NCBI RefSeq assembly: GCF_018336915.1
Contig: NZ_CP064925.1
Coordinates: 150,001 to 182,000 of the forward strand
Reading direction: 5' to 3'
Length of the DNA stretch: 32,000 bases
From: Acaryochloris marina S15
GTDB lineage: Bacteria; Cyanobacteriota; Cyanobacteriia; Thermosynechococcales; Thermosynechococcaceae
Shown here: positions 16,011-24,113 of the stretch, piece by piece
Numbering within the stretch: position 1 is the stretch's first letter
How the letters are laid out: every line of letters starts with the position of its first letter
Position numbers and translations under genes: made by a program
Notes under the pieces: generated by a model
What the model was told of the DNA's origin: nothing
The model's input: the letters and a program-made list of their open reading frames with translations, nothing else
Database searches by the model: none

Positions 16011-17356
16011 ATGAGATAAAGCTATTTCGTCAGACGCGCTGGCGTTTGGCAACTTGGTATGCAGGTGTAATGGGCATCATTCTTGCCCTAAGCGCTTTGG
16101 GAGTTTATGAAGCCATTGATCATGCCCACCGGATTGCCGCAGATCGAGAATTAAAGTCCATTGCAGGCCGACTACATGACAACCTAGAACCCACGTTACA
16201 GCAGCCGGGTATTATCTCAGACGCTGCAAAGCGTTTCTTACCAAATTCTTGTGTTGGTTTCCATCAATGCTCAACGGCTATTGTTGCCAATCACTCACCT
16301 GGAGAGGTATTCCAAGGTGGCTACTACATTCGACTGCTCAGTCCTACCGAAGAACTCTTAGCCATGGCTGGACTCAAGACTCAGGGGTTGCCCATGACCT
16401 CACCGACGAAACCATGGCAATTTCTCAAGGACCAATCAAAAATCCGCTATCGCCAAATTACTCTACCGCTACAGAATTCAAATGTACCCCTATGGGGATA
16501 TTTGCAAGTGGGTAGTTCTCTGGAAGTCTCTGACCAATATCTGGCGTCCGTGAGATTGGCATTTTTTATCGGTTTCCCCTTAACACTAGCTTTTGTGGGA
16601 GTGGCCAGTTGGTGGCTAGCAGGGCGGGCGATGCGCCCAATTCATCAGTCTTATCAGCAGATGCAGCAGTTCACCGCCGATGCCGCCCATGAGTTGCGGA
16701 CGCCCATTGCCGCAGCACAAGCAACGGTAGAATCCGTCTTAGACGCTCCTCACCTTTCGGAAACCGAGACGCGAGAGACACTTAAAGTTCTGGATCGTCA
16801 ACACCAGCGCTTGTCACAACTGATTCAAGACTTGCTGTTGCTAACGCGATTGGATCGTCAGGCCCAAACCAGCCCGGAGCAGTCCTGTTGTCTTCAAGAT
16901 TTGGTGAATGATATTGCTGAAGAGTTGGCAGCTCTGGCCTTGAATAAACAGGTGCAACTCCAAACTGATATTCAGGTTGATCAGCCGCTGCGGGTTAATG
17001 GGGATGAAGCACAGTTGTACCGCCTCGTCTTCAATCTGGTGATCAATGCGATTCAGCATACTCCTGAAGGGGGCAAAGTCACACTTTCGCTAGAGAAGAA
17101 AGACCAGCAGGCGGTGATACAGGTGCAAGATACGGGAGTAGGGATTACCCCTGAATACCAATCAAAAATCTTTGACCGCTTTTATCGCGTGAATAGCGAT
17201 CGCAACCGACAAACGGGCGGCTCGGGTTTGGGGCTGGCGATTGCTCAGGCGATTGCAAAAGCGCATAGAGGCAAGATCCAGGTCCAGAGCCGATTAGGTC
17301 AAGGTTGTTCTTTTCGAGTTTACCTTCCCCAGGCAACGAAGTACCCCCTATGCTAG
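16007..17356 (+). CDS. sensor histidine kinase with periplasmic sensor domain (module 1)
   Basis: Two TM segments flank a periplasmic loop of about 150 aa. It has an H-box FTADAAHELRTPIA, an N-box LVINAIQHTP, and G-boxes QDTGVGI and GGSGLGLAIA. Confidence 0.9.
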   Translation: MNEIKLFRQTRWRLATWYAGVMGIILALSALGVYEAIDHAHRIAADRELKSIAGRLHDNLEPTLQQPGIISDAAKRFLPNSCVGFHQCSTAIVANHSPGEVFQGGYYIRLLSPTEELLAMAGLKTQGLPMTSPTKPWQFLKDQSKIRYRQITLPLQNSNVPLWGYLQVGSSLEVSDQYLASVRLAFFIGFPLTLAFVGVASWWLAGRAMRPIHQSYQQMQQFTADAAHELRTPIAAAQATVESVLDAPHLSETETRETLKVLDRQHQRLSQLIQDLLLLTRLDRQAQTSPEQSCCLQDLVNDIAEELAALALNKQVQLQTDIQVDQPLRVNGDEAQLYRLVFNLVINAIQHTPEGGKVTLSLEKKDQQAVIQVQDTGVGITPEYQSKIFDRFYRVNSDRNRQTGGSGLGLAIAQAIAKAHRGKIQVQSRLGQGCSFRVYLPQATKYPLC

Positions 17357-17365
17357 GATTCGGGC

Positions 17366-17608
17366 ATGACACGTCAAGAAATGCTGCAAACGATTAGTCA
17401 CTTATTACAGCAACAGCCTCAAGAGAAGCTGGAGGCTGTTTTGGGTTGGCTGGAACAGAGCGATGATGACTTTGAACGACGACTGCGTACTGATGTAGAA
17501 GCGGGGCAGTTCGATCAGCTCATTGCTGATGTTATCGCTGAAGATGAAGCAGGAGAGACAATCAATCTTGAAGCATCGTGCGACAAAGACCTTTTGGAAG
17601 CTGTATAA
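17366..17608 (+). CDS. putative type II antitoxin
   Basis: An 80-aa acidic protein directly upstream of, and overlapping, a RelE/ParE-like ORF. The assignment rests on position and size only. Confidence 0.45.
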   Translation: MTRQEMLQTISHLLQQQPQEKLEAVLGWLEQSDDDFERRLRTDVEAGQFDQLIADVIAEDEAGETINLEASCDKDLLEAV

Positions 17609-17831
17609 CAAGCTGTCTCCTGACCTGCAACGCCAAGCCCGCAAACAGTATCGACTGCTTCGACGTCATCCACAACATCCATCTTTACGATTCAAACCCG
17701 TTAGCAAACTGTGGTCGGCAAGGGTCAACGATGATTACCGGGCCTTAGCAGTCAAACGTGATGATGCTTACGTGTGGTTTTGGATTGGTCCCCATCGTGA
17801 ATACGACAAAATTCTTAGCAGTAGTCACTAG
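17544..17831 (+). CDS. RelE/ParE-superfamily type II toxin
   Basis: FWKLYNKLSPDLQRQARKQYRLLRRHPQHPSLRFKPV..LWSARVNDDYRALAVKRDDAYVWFWIGPHREYDKIL matches the RelE/ParE-like pattern (...S.Rv...yR......d....w.wIG.H.eY). The start is uncertain: TTG 17523, ATG 17529, ATG 17544 or TTG 17568. Confidence 0.7.
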   Translation: MKQERQSILKHRATKTFWKLYNKLSPDLQRQARKQYRLLRRHPQHPSLRFKPVSKLWSARVNDDYRALAVKRDDAYVWFWIGPHREYDKILSSSH

Positions 17832-17843
17832 ATTGGGCTAGGA

Positions 17844-17966
17844 GAGACCAGCGGCTTAGGCTCTGAGTTAGTGATTGCAAATGCCATTGCAAAAGCACAT
17901 AAAGGCAAAATGCAAGCCCAGAACCAGTTAAGGTAAGAGACTACCTTTGCGGTACTTTTCCAGAGC
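17844..17966 (+). pseudogene. Relic of a histidine-kinase 3' end (G2 box to C-terminus) with in-frame stop
   Basis: It translates to ETSGLGSELVIANAIAKAHKGKMQAQNQLR*ETTFAVLFQS, compared with GGSGLGLAIAQAIAKAHRGKIQVQSRLGQGCSFRVYLPQ of the kinase ending at 17356. Similarity is visible at the nucleotide level. Confidence 0.7.
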
Positions 17967-18236
17967 TGTAAGTTGGACCAGCGGGCGCATTTAAACAGAA
18001 AGTTGCGCTTTTACTTGAAATCCTTTTCCTGCATAGCTTCAAGATCGCGATATTGGAATTTGCTAAGAAAACCCTCGTTAATTTAGTGCTCTGGAATTAG
18101 CCAGTATTTTGCCCTAAACAGCAGAAGAAAAATCATCTAAAGATCAAACTTGTCATCTTGCTCATTGAAAAGCGCAATCACATCTCCTTGCCTGAAACCA
18201 ATCCCGACCTCAGTTCAGCAAAATACGGGAGTACTA

Positions 18237-21200
18237 TCAGTCAATGACTTTCGATATTGATGCACTGTTATGGGCCTGTGCTGTCTTTATATCTGTCCGG
18301 ATAGGCTTGGGCATAAACCAGCGACCAAACCGGGCATAGAGGGCCGGAATCACCAGCAAAGTGAGAGCTGTGGAGGTGAACAACCCTCCCAGGACAACAA
18401 TCGCCAATGGCTGGAGGATTTCGTTGCCTGCACCGTTGGTGATTGCCAGGGGCAACATCCCCAGGGCTGAGGTCAAGGCTGTCATCAGAATGGCGTTTAC
18501 TCGTTCTAGTGAACCGTGGAACACCGCTTTCTGGAGTGGCAATCCCTCAGCAAACTTGCTGTTGTAATTGTCCACCAGCAATAAACCATTGCGAACGGCC
18601 ACCCCAAACAGGGTGATGAAACCGATCAATGAGGCTACTGACATAACACCACCTGTCAATAGGATAGAGACGATTCCCCCTACCAGTGCTAGGGGTAGGT
18701 TGATCATGATCGCCACGGTTGCAGGGAGGGATTTGATGGAGAGGAACATCAGCACCGCAATCGCAATCGCCGCCAGAATGCTGTACACCAACAGATTATT
18801 AGTGGCGCTTTGCTCTGCCTCGAACTGCCCACCATACTGAATGAAGTAGCCTTTGGGCAATTGCACCTTCTCTTGGATCTGGGTTTGGATATCACTAACG
18901 ACGCTGCCCAGATCTCGATCAGAAACGTTTGCCGACACCACAATCAGGCGAGACACATCTTCGCGGTTGACGACATTTGCCCCCATACCATAGCCAACCT
19001 TAGCCACATCACCTAGTGAAATCACTTCTCCTGTTGATGTCGAAAGGGGAATGGCACTGATGGCATCCAAGCTACTGCGAGCCGATTCGGGCAATGTGAC
19101 GGTAATATCAATCAACTGCTGATCTTCTGGCACCTGAGAAACAACCCGACCGTTCAGGGCCGTTTCCACCACGGTCGAGAGTTGGGCCATCGTCAGACCA
19201 TAGCCCGCTGCGGCTTTCCGATCGTACTGAATCTGCACCTGGCGAATGGGCAGTTGAGGCTCAAGCTGTAAATCCACTATCCCTGCAATCGGTTCGACGG
19301 TATCGCGTACCTGTTCACCAATACTCCGAAGTTCGGCCAGGTCCGGACCAAAGATTTTGATCGCAATTGCGCTCCGTACCCCAGAGAGGACCTCATCCAT
19401 CCGGTGAGAGATAAACCCACCCACGTTAGGCGCGACCCCAGGCAGTTTCAGGAATGCTTCTCGCAGTTGCTTAACGCTAGCGTCCCGATCCTTCAAGGCT
19501 TGGTCGCTGAGTTCGATATCGACGTGGGCCATGTTCACACCCGCACCATCAGCATCGCCCGGAGAACGACCAGCCCTTACCTGCACCCATTTATACAGAG
19601 GATTGTCCTTCAAAGAGTTGGCCAGGGCATTGCCCGCGCCATTGGTGATATCCAGCGAGATGCCGGGAAACAGCACCATTGAATTTACAAGAGATGTTTC
19701 CTGAAACTCTGGCAGAAACACCCGCCCCAATGACGGCACGATCACTGCGACTGCCACCAAGGCCGCTAGAGCCAGGGCGAGAATAAGCTGAGGGACTCGC
19801 ATTGACAACCTCAGCAGCGGTCGATAGAGCTGTTCGGCCAATCGTGACACGAACGTACCTTCCTGGGGCAAATTCTGATTTGCTAGCAAAATGGCACAGA
19901 GGGCAGGCGATAAGGTCATCGCCACTAGAGTGGAAGCCAGAATTGAGAACAGATAGGCCAGTCCCATTGGGGCAAAGATGCGACCCTCCACCCCGGTCAA
20001 GCTAAAGATAGGAGCAAACACGACGACAATAATCACCGTGGAAAAAATCACTGCTAGCCGTACCTGAACTGAGGTATCAAACACCACTTGAAAAGAAGGT
20101 TTGGGATTGCCCTGGGCCTGATTCTGGCGCAGACCACGATAGCAGTTCTCCATATCCACAATTGCATCGTCCACCACCGAGCCGATGGCAACTACGAGCC
20201 CCCCCAAGGTCATCGTGTTGATGCCCAGGCCAAAGGCTTTCATGAACAGTAGGCCAATCAGCAGCGATAGAGGAATGGCGCTGAGGGTGATAATCGCCGT
20301 GCGCCAGTTCATCAAAAACAGCAACAGGATCACTGATACGATCACCACCCCCTGCAGGAGAGAGCCGCTGACATTGCGAATAGCCAAATCAATGAAGTTA
20401 GCCTGCCGAAACGTGCGGGTCACCTGCACATCTCCTGGGAAGGTGGCTCGCAAATCAGCGATCACATCCTCAACTGTTTTAGTGACGGTGGGTGTATCCA
20501 CTGCTGGCTGCTTATTAATCATCAACACCACCGCTGGCTGACCATTCAGGCTGGCATCACCCCGCTTCAGAGCGGCTCCAGTCTGCACAGTGGCCACATC
20601 CCGTAGCAAAATCGGCTGGTCATTCTGTATCTTGACGACCGATCCCTGCAAGTCCTCAATGGATTGAATTTGCCCCATGCCTCGCACTAGCAGTTCCCGG
20701 CCCCCTCCAATCAAGAAGCCACCTGGCGCATTGGAATTGGCACCGGTAGCAGCAGTAGTGACTTCATTGAGGGATACGTTGAGATCCCTCAGCTTTGCAG
20801 GATCAATCAGGATCTGTTCCTGTCGCTCATCACCCCCATAAATCGTCACCTGGGAAACGCCTGGGACTGAGAGAATCTGGTTTCTCAGGGTGACATCTAC
20901 CAGGCGACGCAGATCAATCATGGACGTCTGTCCTTGACCATCAACGGTGAAGGCGTACTGCAAAATCGTGCCCAACGGTGACACCAACGGTGAGATTTCT
21001 GGCGGATGAGTATTTTCGGGGAGTTGGCTGGTGACCTGTTGCAAGCGTTCAGTCACGGCTTGGCGTGCTTGATAGATGTCGGCATCTTGATCAAACACGA
21101 CGCTGACCATCGACAGACCCACCTTTGAGGACGATCTCACCGTCGTTACCCCTGGCAAGCCATTGACCGAACTCTCAATGGGCACGGTGATCTGAGTTTC

Positions 21201-21395
21201 CACTTCTTCAGGGGCTAGGCCGATGACTTCCACCTGGATATCTACCTGGGGCGGGGCGAAGGATGGGAACACATCCAGTGGCATTTGGGTGACGCTGAAG
21301 ATACCCCAAATCGTGACCGCGATCGCCCCCGCGACAATGAACCATCGCTGAGCAATGGAATTTTTGAGAATTTGATTCAGAAGTGCATTCAGCAT
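18237..21395 (-). CDS. RND-superfamily efflux permease (module 2; CusA/CzcA-like by motif and context)
   Basis: 1052 aa. The TM4 region GGLVVAIGSVVDDAIVDMENCYRGL resembles the ...IVxxENxxR motif of heavy-metal RND pumps as I recall it. It lies immediately downstream of an adaptor-like gene and divergent from an RR/HK pair. Confidence 0.85.
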   Translation of the reverse strand: MLNALLNQILKNSIAQRWFIVAGAIAVTIWGIFSVTQMPLDVFPSFAPPQVDIQVEVIGLAPEEVETQITVPIESSVNGLPGVTTVRSSSKVGLSMVSVVFDQDADIYQARQAVTERLQQVTSQLPENTHPPEISPLVSPLGTILQYAFTVDGQGQTSMIDLRRLVDVTLRNQILSVPGVSQVTIYGGDERQEQILIDPAKLRDLNVSLNEVTTAATGANSNAPGGFLIGGGRELLVRGMGQIQSIEDLQGSVVKIQNDQPILLRDVATVQTGAALKRGDASLNGQPAVVLMINKQPAVDTPTVTKTVEDVIADLRATFPGDVQVTRTFRQANFIDLAIRNVSGSLLQGVVIVSVILLLFLMNWRTAIITLSAIPLSLLIGLLFMKAFGLGINTMTLGGLVVAIGSVVDDAIVDMENCYRGLRQNQAQGNPKPSFQVVFDTSVQVRLAVIFSTVIIVVVFAPIFSLTGVEGRIFAPMGLAYLFSILASTLVAMTLSPALCAILLANQNLPQEGTFVSRLAEQLYRPLLRLSMRVPQLILALALAALVAVAVIVPSLGRVFLPEFQETSLVNSMVLFPGISLDITNGAGNALANSLKDNPLYKWVQVRAGRSPGDADGAGVNMAHVDIELSDQALKDRDASVKQLREAFLKLPGVAPNVGGFISHRMDEVLSGVRSAIAIKIFGPDLAELRSIGEQVRDTVEPIAGIVDLQLEPQLPIRQVQIQYDRKAAAGYGLTMAQLSTVVETALNGRVVSQVPEDQQLIDITVTLPESARSSLDAISAIPLSTSTGEVISLGDVAKVGYGMGANVVNREDVSRLIVVSANVSDRDLGSVVSDIQTQIQEKVQLPKGYFIQYGGQFEAEQSATNNLLVYSILAAIAIAVLMFLSIKSLPATVAIMINLPLALVGGIVSILLTGGVMSVASLIGFITLFGVAVRNGLLLVDNYNSKFAEGLPLQKAVFHGSLERVNAILMTALTSALGMLPLAITNGAGNEILQPLAIVVLGGLFTSTALTLLVIPALYARFGRWFMPKPIRTDIKTAQAHNSASISKVID

Positions 21396-21432
21396 CTATC
21401 GAGAATTTCCCCTAACTGTTGGAATAGGTGTC

Positions 21433-22068
21433 TTATGAGAGGGTGTTTTTCTTTTTACGACCGTTGCTGATCAACACAATCGCCACGACAGATAACCCAA
21501 TGCCGCCTCCCACTGCAGCCAGCAGAGTCTTAGGCATACCACCAGATTTTTCAGCGGTGGCAGCTTCACTGGGATCGCCTTTGACCATATCGCCTTTCTC
21601 GTCGGCCTGAGCATGAGCTTCATTGGTTGCAGGCGCTGCTTCTGTAGCTTGAGTTTTGCGAGACTCAGCATACAGAGACAAGCTGCCCTCAGTCACTAGC
21701 TGCTCATCAACCGATAACCCTTCCAAAACTTCGACCATTTCGCCTTTGGTTGCTCCTGTGGTGACGGGCACCGGCTCATAGAAATTTTCGTACTGCACAA
21801 ATACCAATTGCCGACCGTTATCTTCGACCAGAGCAGTCACGGGAATCATGACAGTACCACTAGCATCAGCGGCAGGCTCAATAGAGGTGACCTTAATGCC
21901 GAGCAACGAATCGGTTTGAGTGTTGACCTCGACGCGATTCACGCCGCCTTCAGCCTGGAACTCATCGCCATGACCCACGTGGGCCAGGGCAGCAGGTGTG
22001 CTCATAGCAAGGCTCAAGGCTAGAATAGAACTCAATAAGGGCAACTGCTTCATGGTATTTCCTCGCAA
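21433..22068 (-). CDS. short adaptor-like periplasmic protein (membrane-proximal domain only) with C-terminal TM anchor
   Basis: Probable start is the ATG at 22053 (MKQLPLLSSILALSLAMSTPAALA signal peptide), giving a mature N-terminus HVGHGDEF. The segment IPVTALVEDNGRQLVFVQ...VPVTTGATKGEMVEVLEGLSVDEQLVTEGSLSL aligns with the C-terminal segment of the long adaptor (VPQTALHQFRGQPAVWVV...IKQGLVSGDRVEIFKGLKSGDRVITTGTSRL). The C-terminus is LLAAVGGGIGLSVVAIVLISNGRKKKNTLS. Confidence 0.65.
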   Translation of the reverse strand: MRGNTMKQLPLLSSILALSLAMSTPAALAHVGHGDEFQAEGGVNRVEVNTQTDSLLGIKVTSIEPAADASGTVMIPVTALVEDNGRQLVFVQYENFYEPVPVTTGATKGEMVEVLEGLSVDEQLVTEGSLSLYAESRKTQATEAAPATNEAHAQADEKGDMVKGDPSEAATAEKSGGMPKTLLAAVGGGIGLSVVAIVLISNGRKKKNTLS

Positions 22069-22115
22069 TTTTCGACAGCACGCAGCAAAATCCCCAACAG
22101 GATGCCACAGGGCAG

Positions 22116-22132
22116 ATGAAAATCAGATGAAA
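22116..22132 (-). promoter_or_regulatory. Candidate response-regulator box upstream of the module-2 efflux operon
   Basis: The plus strand reads cagATGAAAatcagATGAAAtg, which in gene orientation is TTTCAT-N5-TTTCAT. The proximal hexamer lies 63 nt from the ATG at 22053, versus 66 nt in module 1. Confidence 0.5.
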
Positions 22133-22170
22133 TGAGCACGACTCCGGTAGAATCGGCTTCGTGGTGGATA

Positions 22171-23404
22171 TAGATCTTCAGAAAAGCATCCGTGGTTTTA
22201 GCGACACTACATCTTCATTAAATATAGTAACTAGCTCCTGATACTCTTAGCTCTGGCAAGGATTTCAAGATTATCAGAGGTCATCCAGTATGCTCGCACA
22301 ATTCAAACTGCGCTTTACCCAATCAACACGCAAAAAGATTGAAGCTAAACTGCGCCAGGCATACGGGAGTCAGAATTTACGTCTGGTCAAACGTATTAGT
22401 GCTTTATTGCAGCTTGGTCAAGGTGGTTCAGTGGCACAGGTAGCTGAAACATTGGCACTAGGCGAACAAACGATCAGGGATTATCTGCATGCATTTCTAA
22501 AACGAGGTATCGCTAGCTTTAGATACAAAGCGTCTCAAGGACGTCGCAGCAAACTCACTCCACGGCAACGACAACAGCTCAAGTCATGGATTAAAGCAGG
22601 TCCGCTCAAAGCTGGATACGAGTGTGGTTGTTGGAGTGCATTAATGGTTCAAGACCTGATTGCGAAACGCTTCAATGTTTCCTATCATCCCCATTATGTG
22701 AGTACTCTACTGAGGAACTTAGGCTTTTCATTTCAAAGAGCACGGTTTGTTGCAGCTCATCTCAATGAAGCCAAGCGACAAGAATGGATGACACACAAAT
22801 GGCCTGAGATTTTGCGTTTATCAGCAGCCAAAGATGCCCTAATTTTATTTGGGGATGAGGCCAGTTTTGCGCAGTGGGGGTCGTTAAGCTACACCTGGAG
22901 TCTTCGTGGAGACCAGCCAACATTGCCCACCAGTGGTAAACGGAAGGCTTACAAGGTGTTTGGATTAATTGATTATCATTCTGGTCAGTTCTTCTATCAA
23001 GGTCAGACGGGACGCTTCAATTCTGAAGGGTATACTGCTTTTCTAACTCAAGTACTCCAGCAGACTCACAAGCATATTATTCTCATTCAGGACGGGGCTA
23101 GATATCACACCAGTAAAGCAACTAAGCAGTTCTTTGACCAGCAATCCGCTCGCCTTACTCCTTTCCAATTACCCACATATTCTCCTGACTTCAACCCAAT
23201 TGAATTCTTGTGGAAGAAACTCAAAAAACGCAGCACACACCTACGGTTCTTCAAGCAATTTGATGACTTAGTTCAGCAGGTCGATGAGGGGCTACTGTAC
23301 TTTAGTCAGACTCCCAATGAAATTACTGTCTTAATGGGCAAATATTGCAAAACCTTGGGTACACAAGCTGCCTAGCTAATCACGGATCTTTATCTGTAGA
23401 TCTA
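22171..23404 (+). mobile_element. IS630-family insertion sequence (1234 bp) with TA target duplication
   Basis: The ends are TAGATCTTCAGAAAAGCATCCGTGGTTTTAGC (left) and, reverse-complemented, TAGATCTACAGATAAAGATCCGTGATTAGC (right). TA flanks both ends (22169-22170 and 23405-23406). Confidence 0.85.
22290..23375 (+). CDS. IS630-family (Tc1/mariner-like DDE) transposase
   Basis: 361 aa with an N-terminal HTH region, then LFGDEASF, IILIQDGARYH and LPTYSPDFNPIEFLWKKLK motifs. Confidence 0.9.
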   Translation: MLAQFKLRFTQSTRKKIEAKLRQAYGSQNLRLVKRISALLQLGQGGSVAQVAETLALGEQTIRDYLHAFLKRGIASFRYKASQGRRSKLTPRQRQQLKSWIKAGPLKAGYECGCWSALMVQDLIAKRFNVSYHPHYVSTLLRNLGFSFQRARFVAAHLNEAKRQEWMTHKWPEILRLSAAKDALILFGDEASFAQWGSLSYTWSLRGDQPTLPTSGKRKAYKVFGLIDYHSGQFFYQGQTGRFNSEGYTAFLTQVLQQTHKHIILIQDGARYHTSKATKQFFDQQSARLTPFQLPTYSPDFNPIEFLWKKLKKRSTHLRFFKQFDDLVQQVDEGLLYFSQTPNEITVLMGKYCKTLGTQAA

Positions 23405-23417
23405 TAGCTTCGGTGCT

Positions 23418-24113
23418 ATGCGGATTCTACTGGTAGAAGACGAAGAAGATTTGGGACTGGCGATTAAGCAAGTGCTGGTCGGGGAAAAGTACGTGGTGGA
23501 CTGGGTTACTGACGGGGCGCAAGCATGGCACTGCTTGGAAAGCCAGTGGACGGATTACACTGTGGCGATTTTTGACTGGCTGCTGCCAGAACTCTCCGGC
23601 CTAGAGCTATGTCAGCGACTCAGAGCACGTCAAAATCCACTCCCAGTGTTGATGCTGACTGCTTTGGGACAACCTGAAAATCGCATCGCTGGGCTGGATG
23701 CGGGAGCCGACGATTATTTGGTGAAACCCTTCGTCATGGAGGAACTGTTAGCACGACTGCGGGCCTTACAGCGGCGATCTCCCCAGTTAAAGCCCCAACA
23801 GTTAACCGTGGGTGTTTTTACCCTAGATGATGCTAACACGCTGCTTCAAATCGACCTCCCCGATCAGCCTGTCCAGGAGATTCCTCTCACACTGAAAGAG
23901 TTTCAGGTGTTGGCCTACCTGATGGAAAATTGTGATCGTATCATCCCCGGCAGTAAGCTACGCTCCCAGTTATGGGACATTGACGAAGAACCCATCAGTA
24001 ATGTCGTCGCCGCTCAGATCCGCCTGTTGCGCCGCAAGTTTGACCGCTATGACTGCGATTGTCCCATCGAAACAGTACCGGGGCAGGGATATCGCTTTAG
24101 GATATCCCCATGA
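23418..24113 (+). CDS. OmpR/PhoB-family response regulator (module 2)
   Basis: A paralog of the RR at 15318, sharing MRILLVEDEEDL, FDWLLPELSG, LMLTA, GADDYLVKPF and LARLRALQRRSP. Its ATG is only 13 nt from the IS630 end, and it overlaps the HK start by 4 nt. Confidence 0.9.
   Translation: MRILLVEDEEDLGLAIKQVLVGEKYVVDWVTDGAQAWHCLESQWTDYTVAIFDWLLPELSGLELCQRLRARQNPLPVLMLTALGQPENRIAGLDAGADDYLVKPFVMEELLARLRALQRRSPQLKPQQLTVGVFTLDDANTLLQIDLPDQPVQEIPLTLKEFQVLAYLMENCDRIIPGSKLRSQLWDIDEEPISNVVAAQIRLLRRKFDRYDCDCPIETVPGQGYRFRISP

Noticed and set aside
18125-18200. Minus-strand stretch translating to ...VGIGFRQGDVIALFNEQDDKFDL*, reminiscent of the C-terminus of AbrB/MazE-type antitoxins
   Set aside because: Only about 23 codons lie between an in-frame stop and the terminal stop, with no start codon. 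It is too short to distinguish from chance.
20185-20541. 118-aa plus-strand ORF, and other short ORFs at 18270-20005, inside the module-2 RND gene
   Set aside because: These are antisense shadow ORFs within a well-supported 1052-aa gene, with no recognisable motifs.
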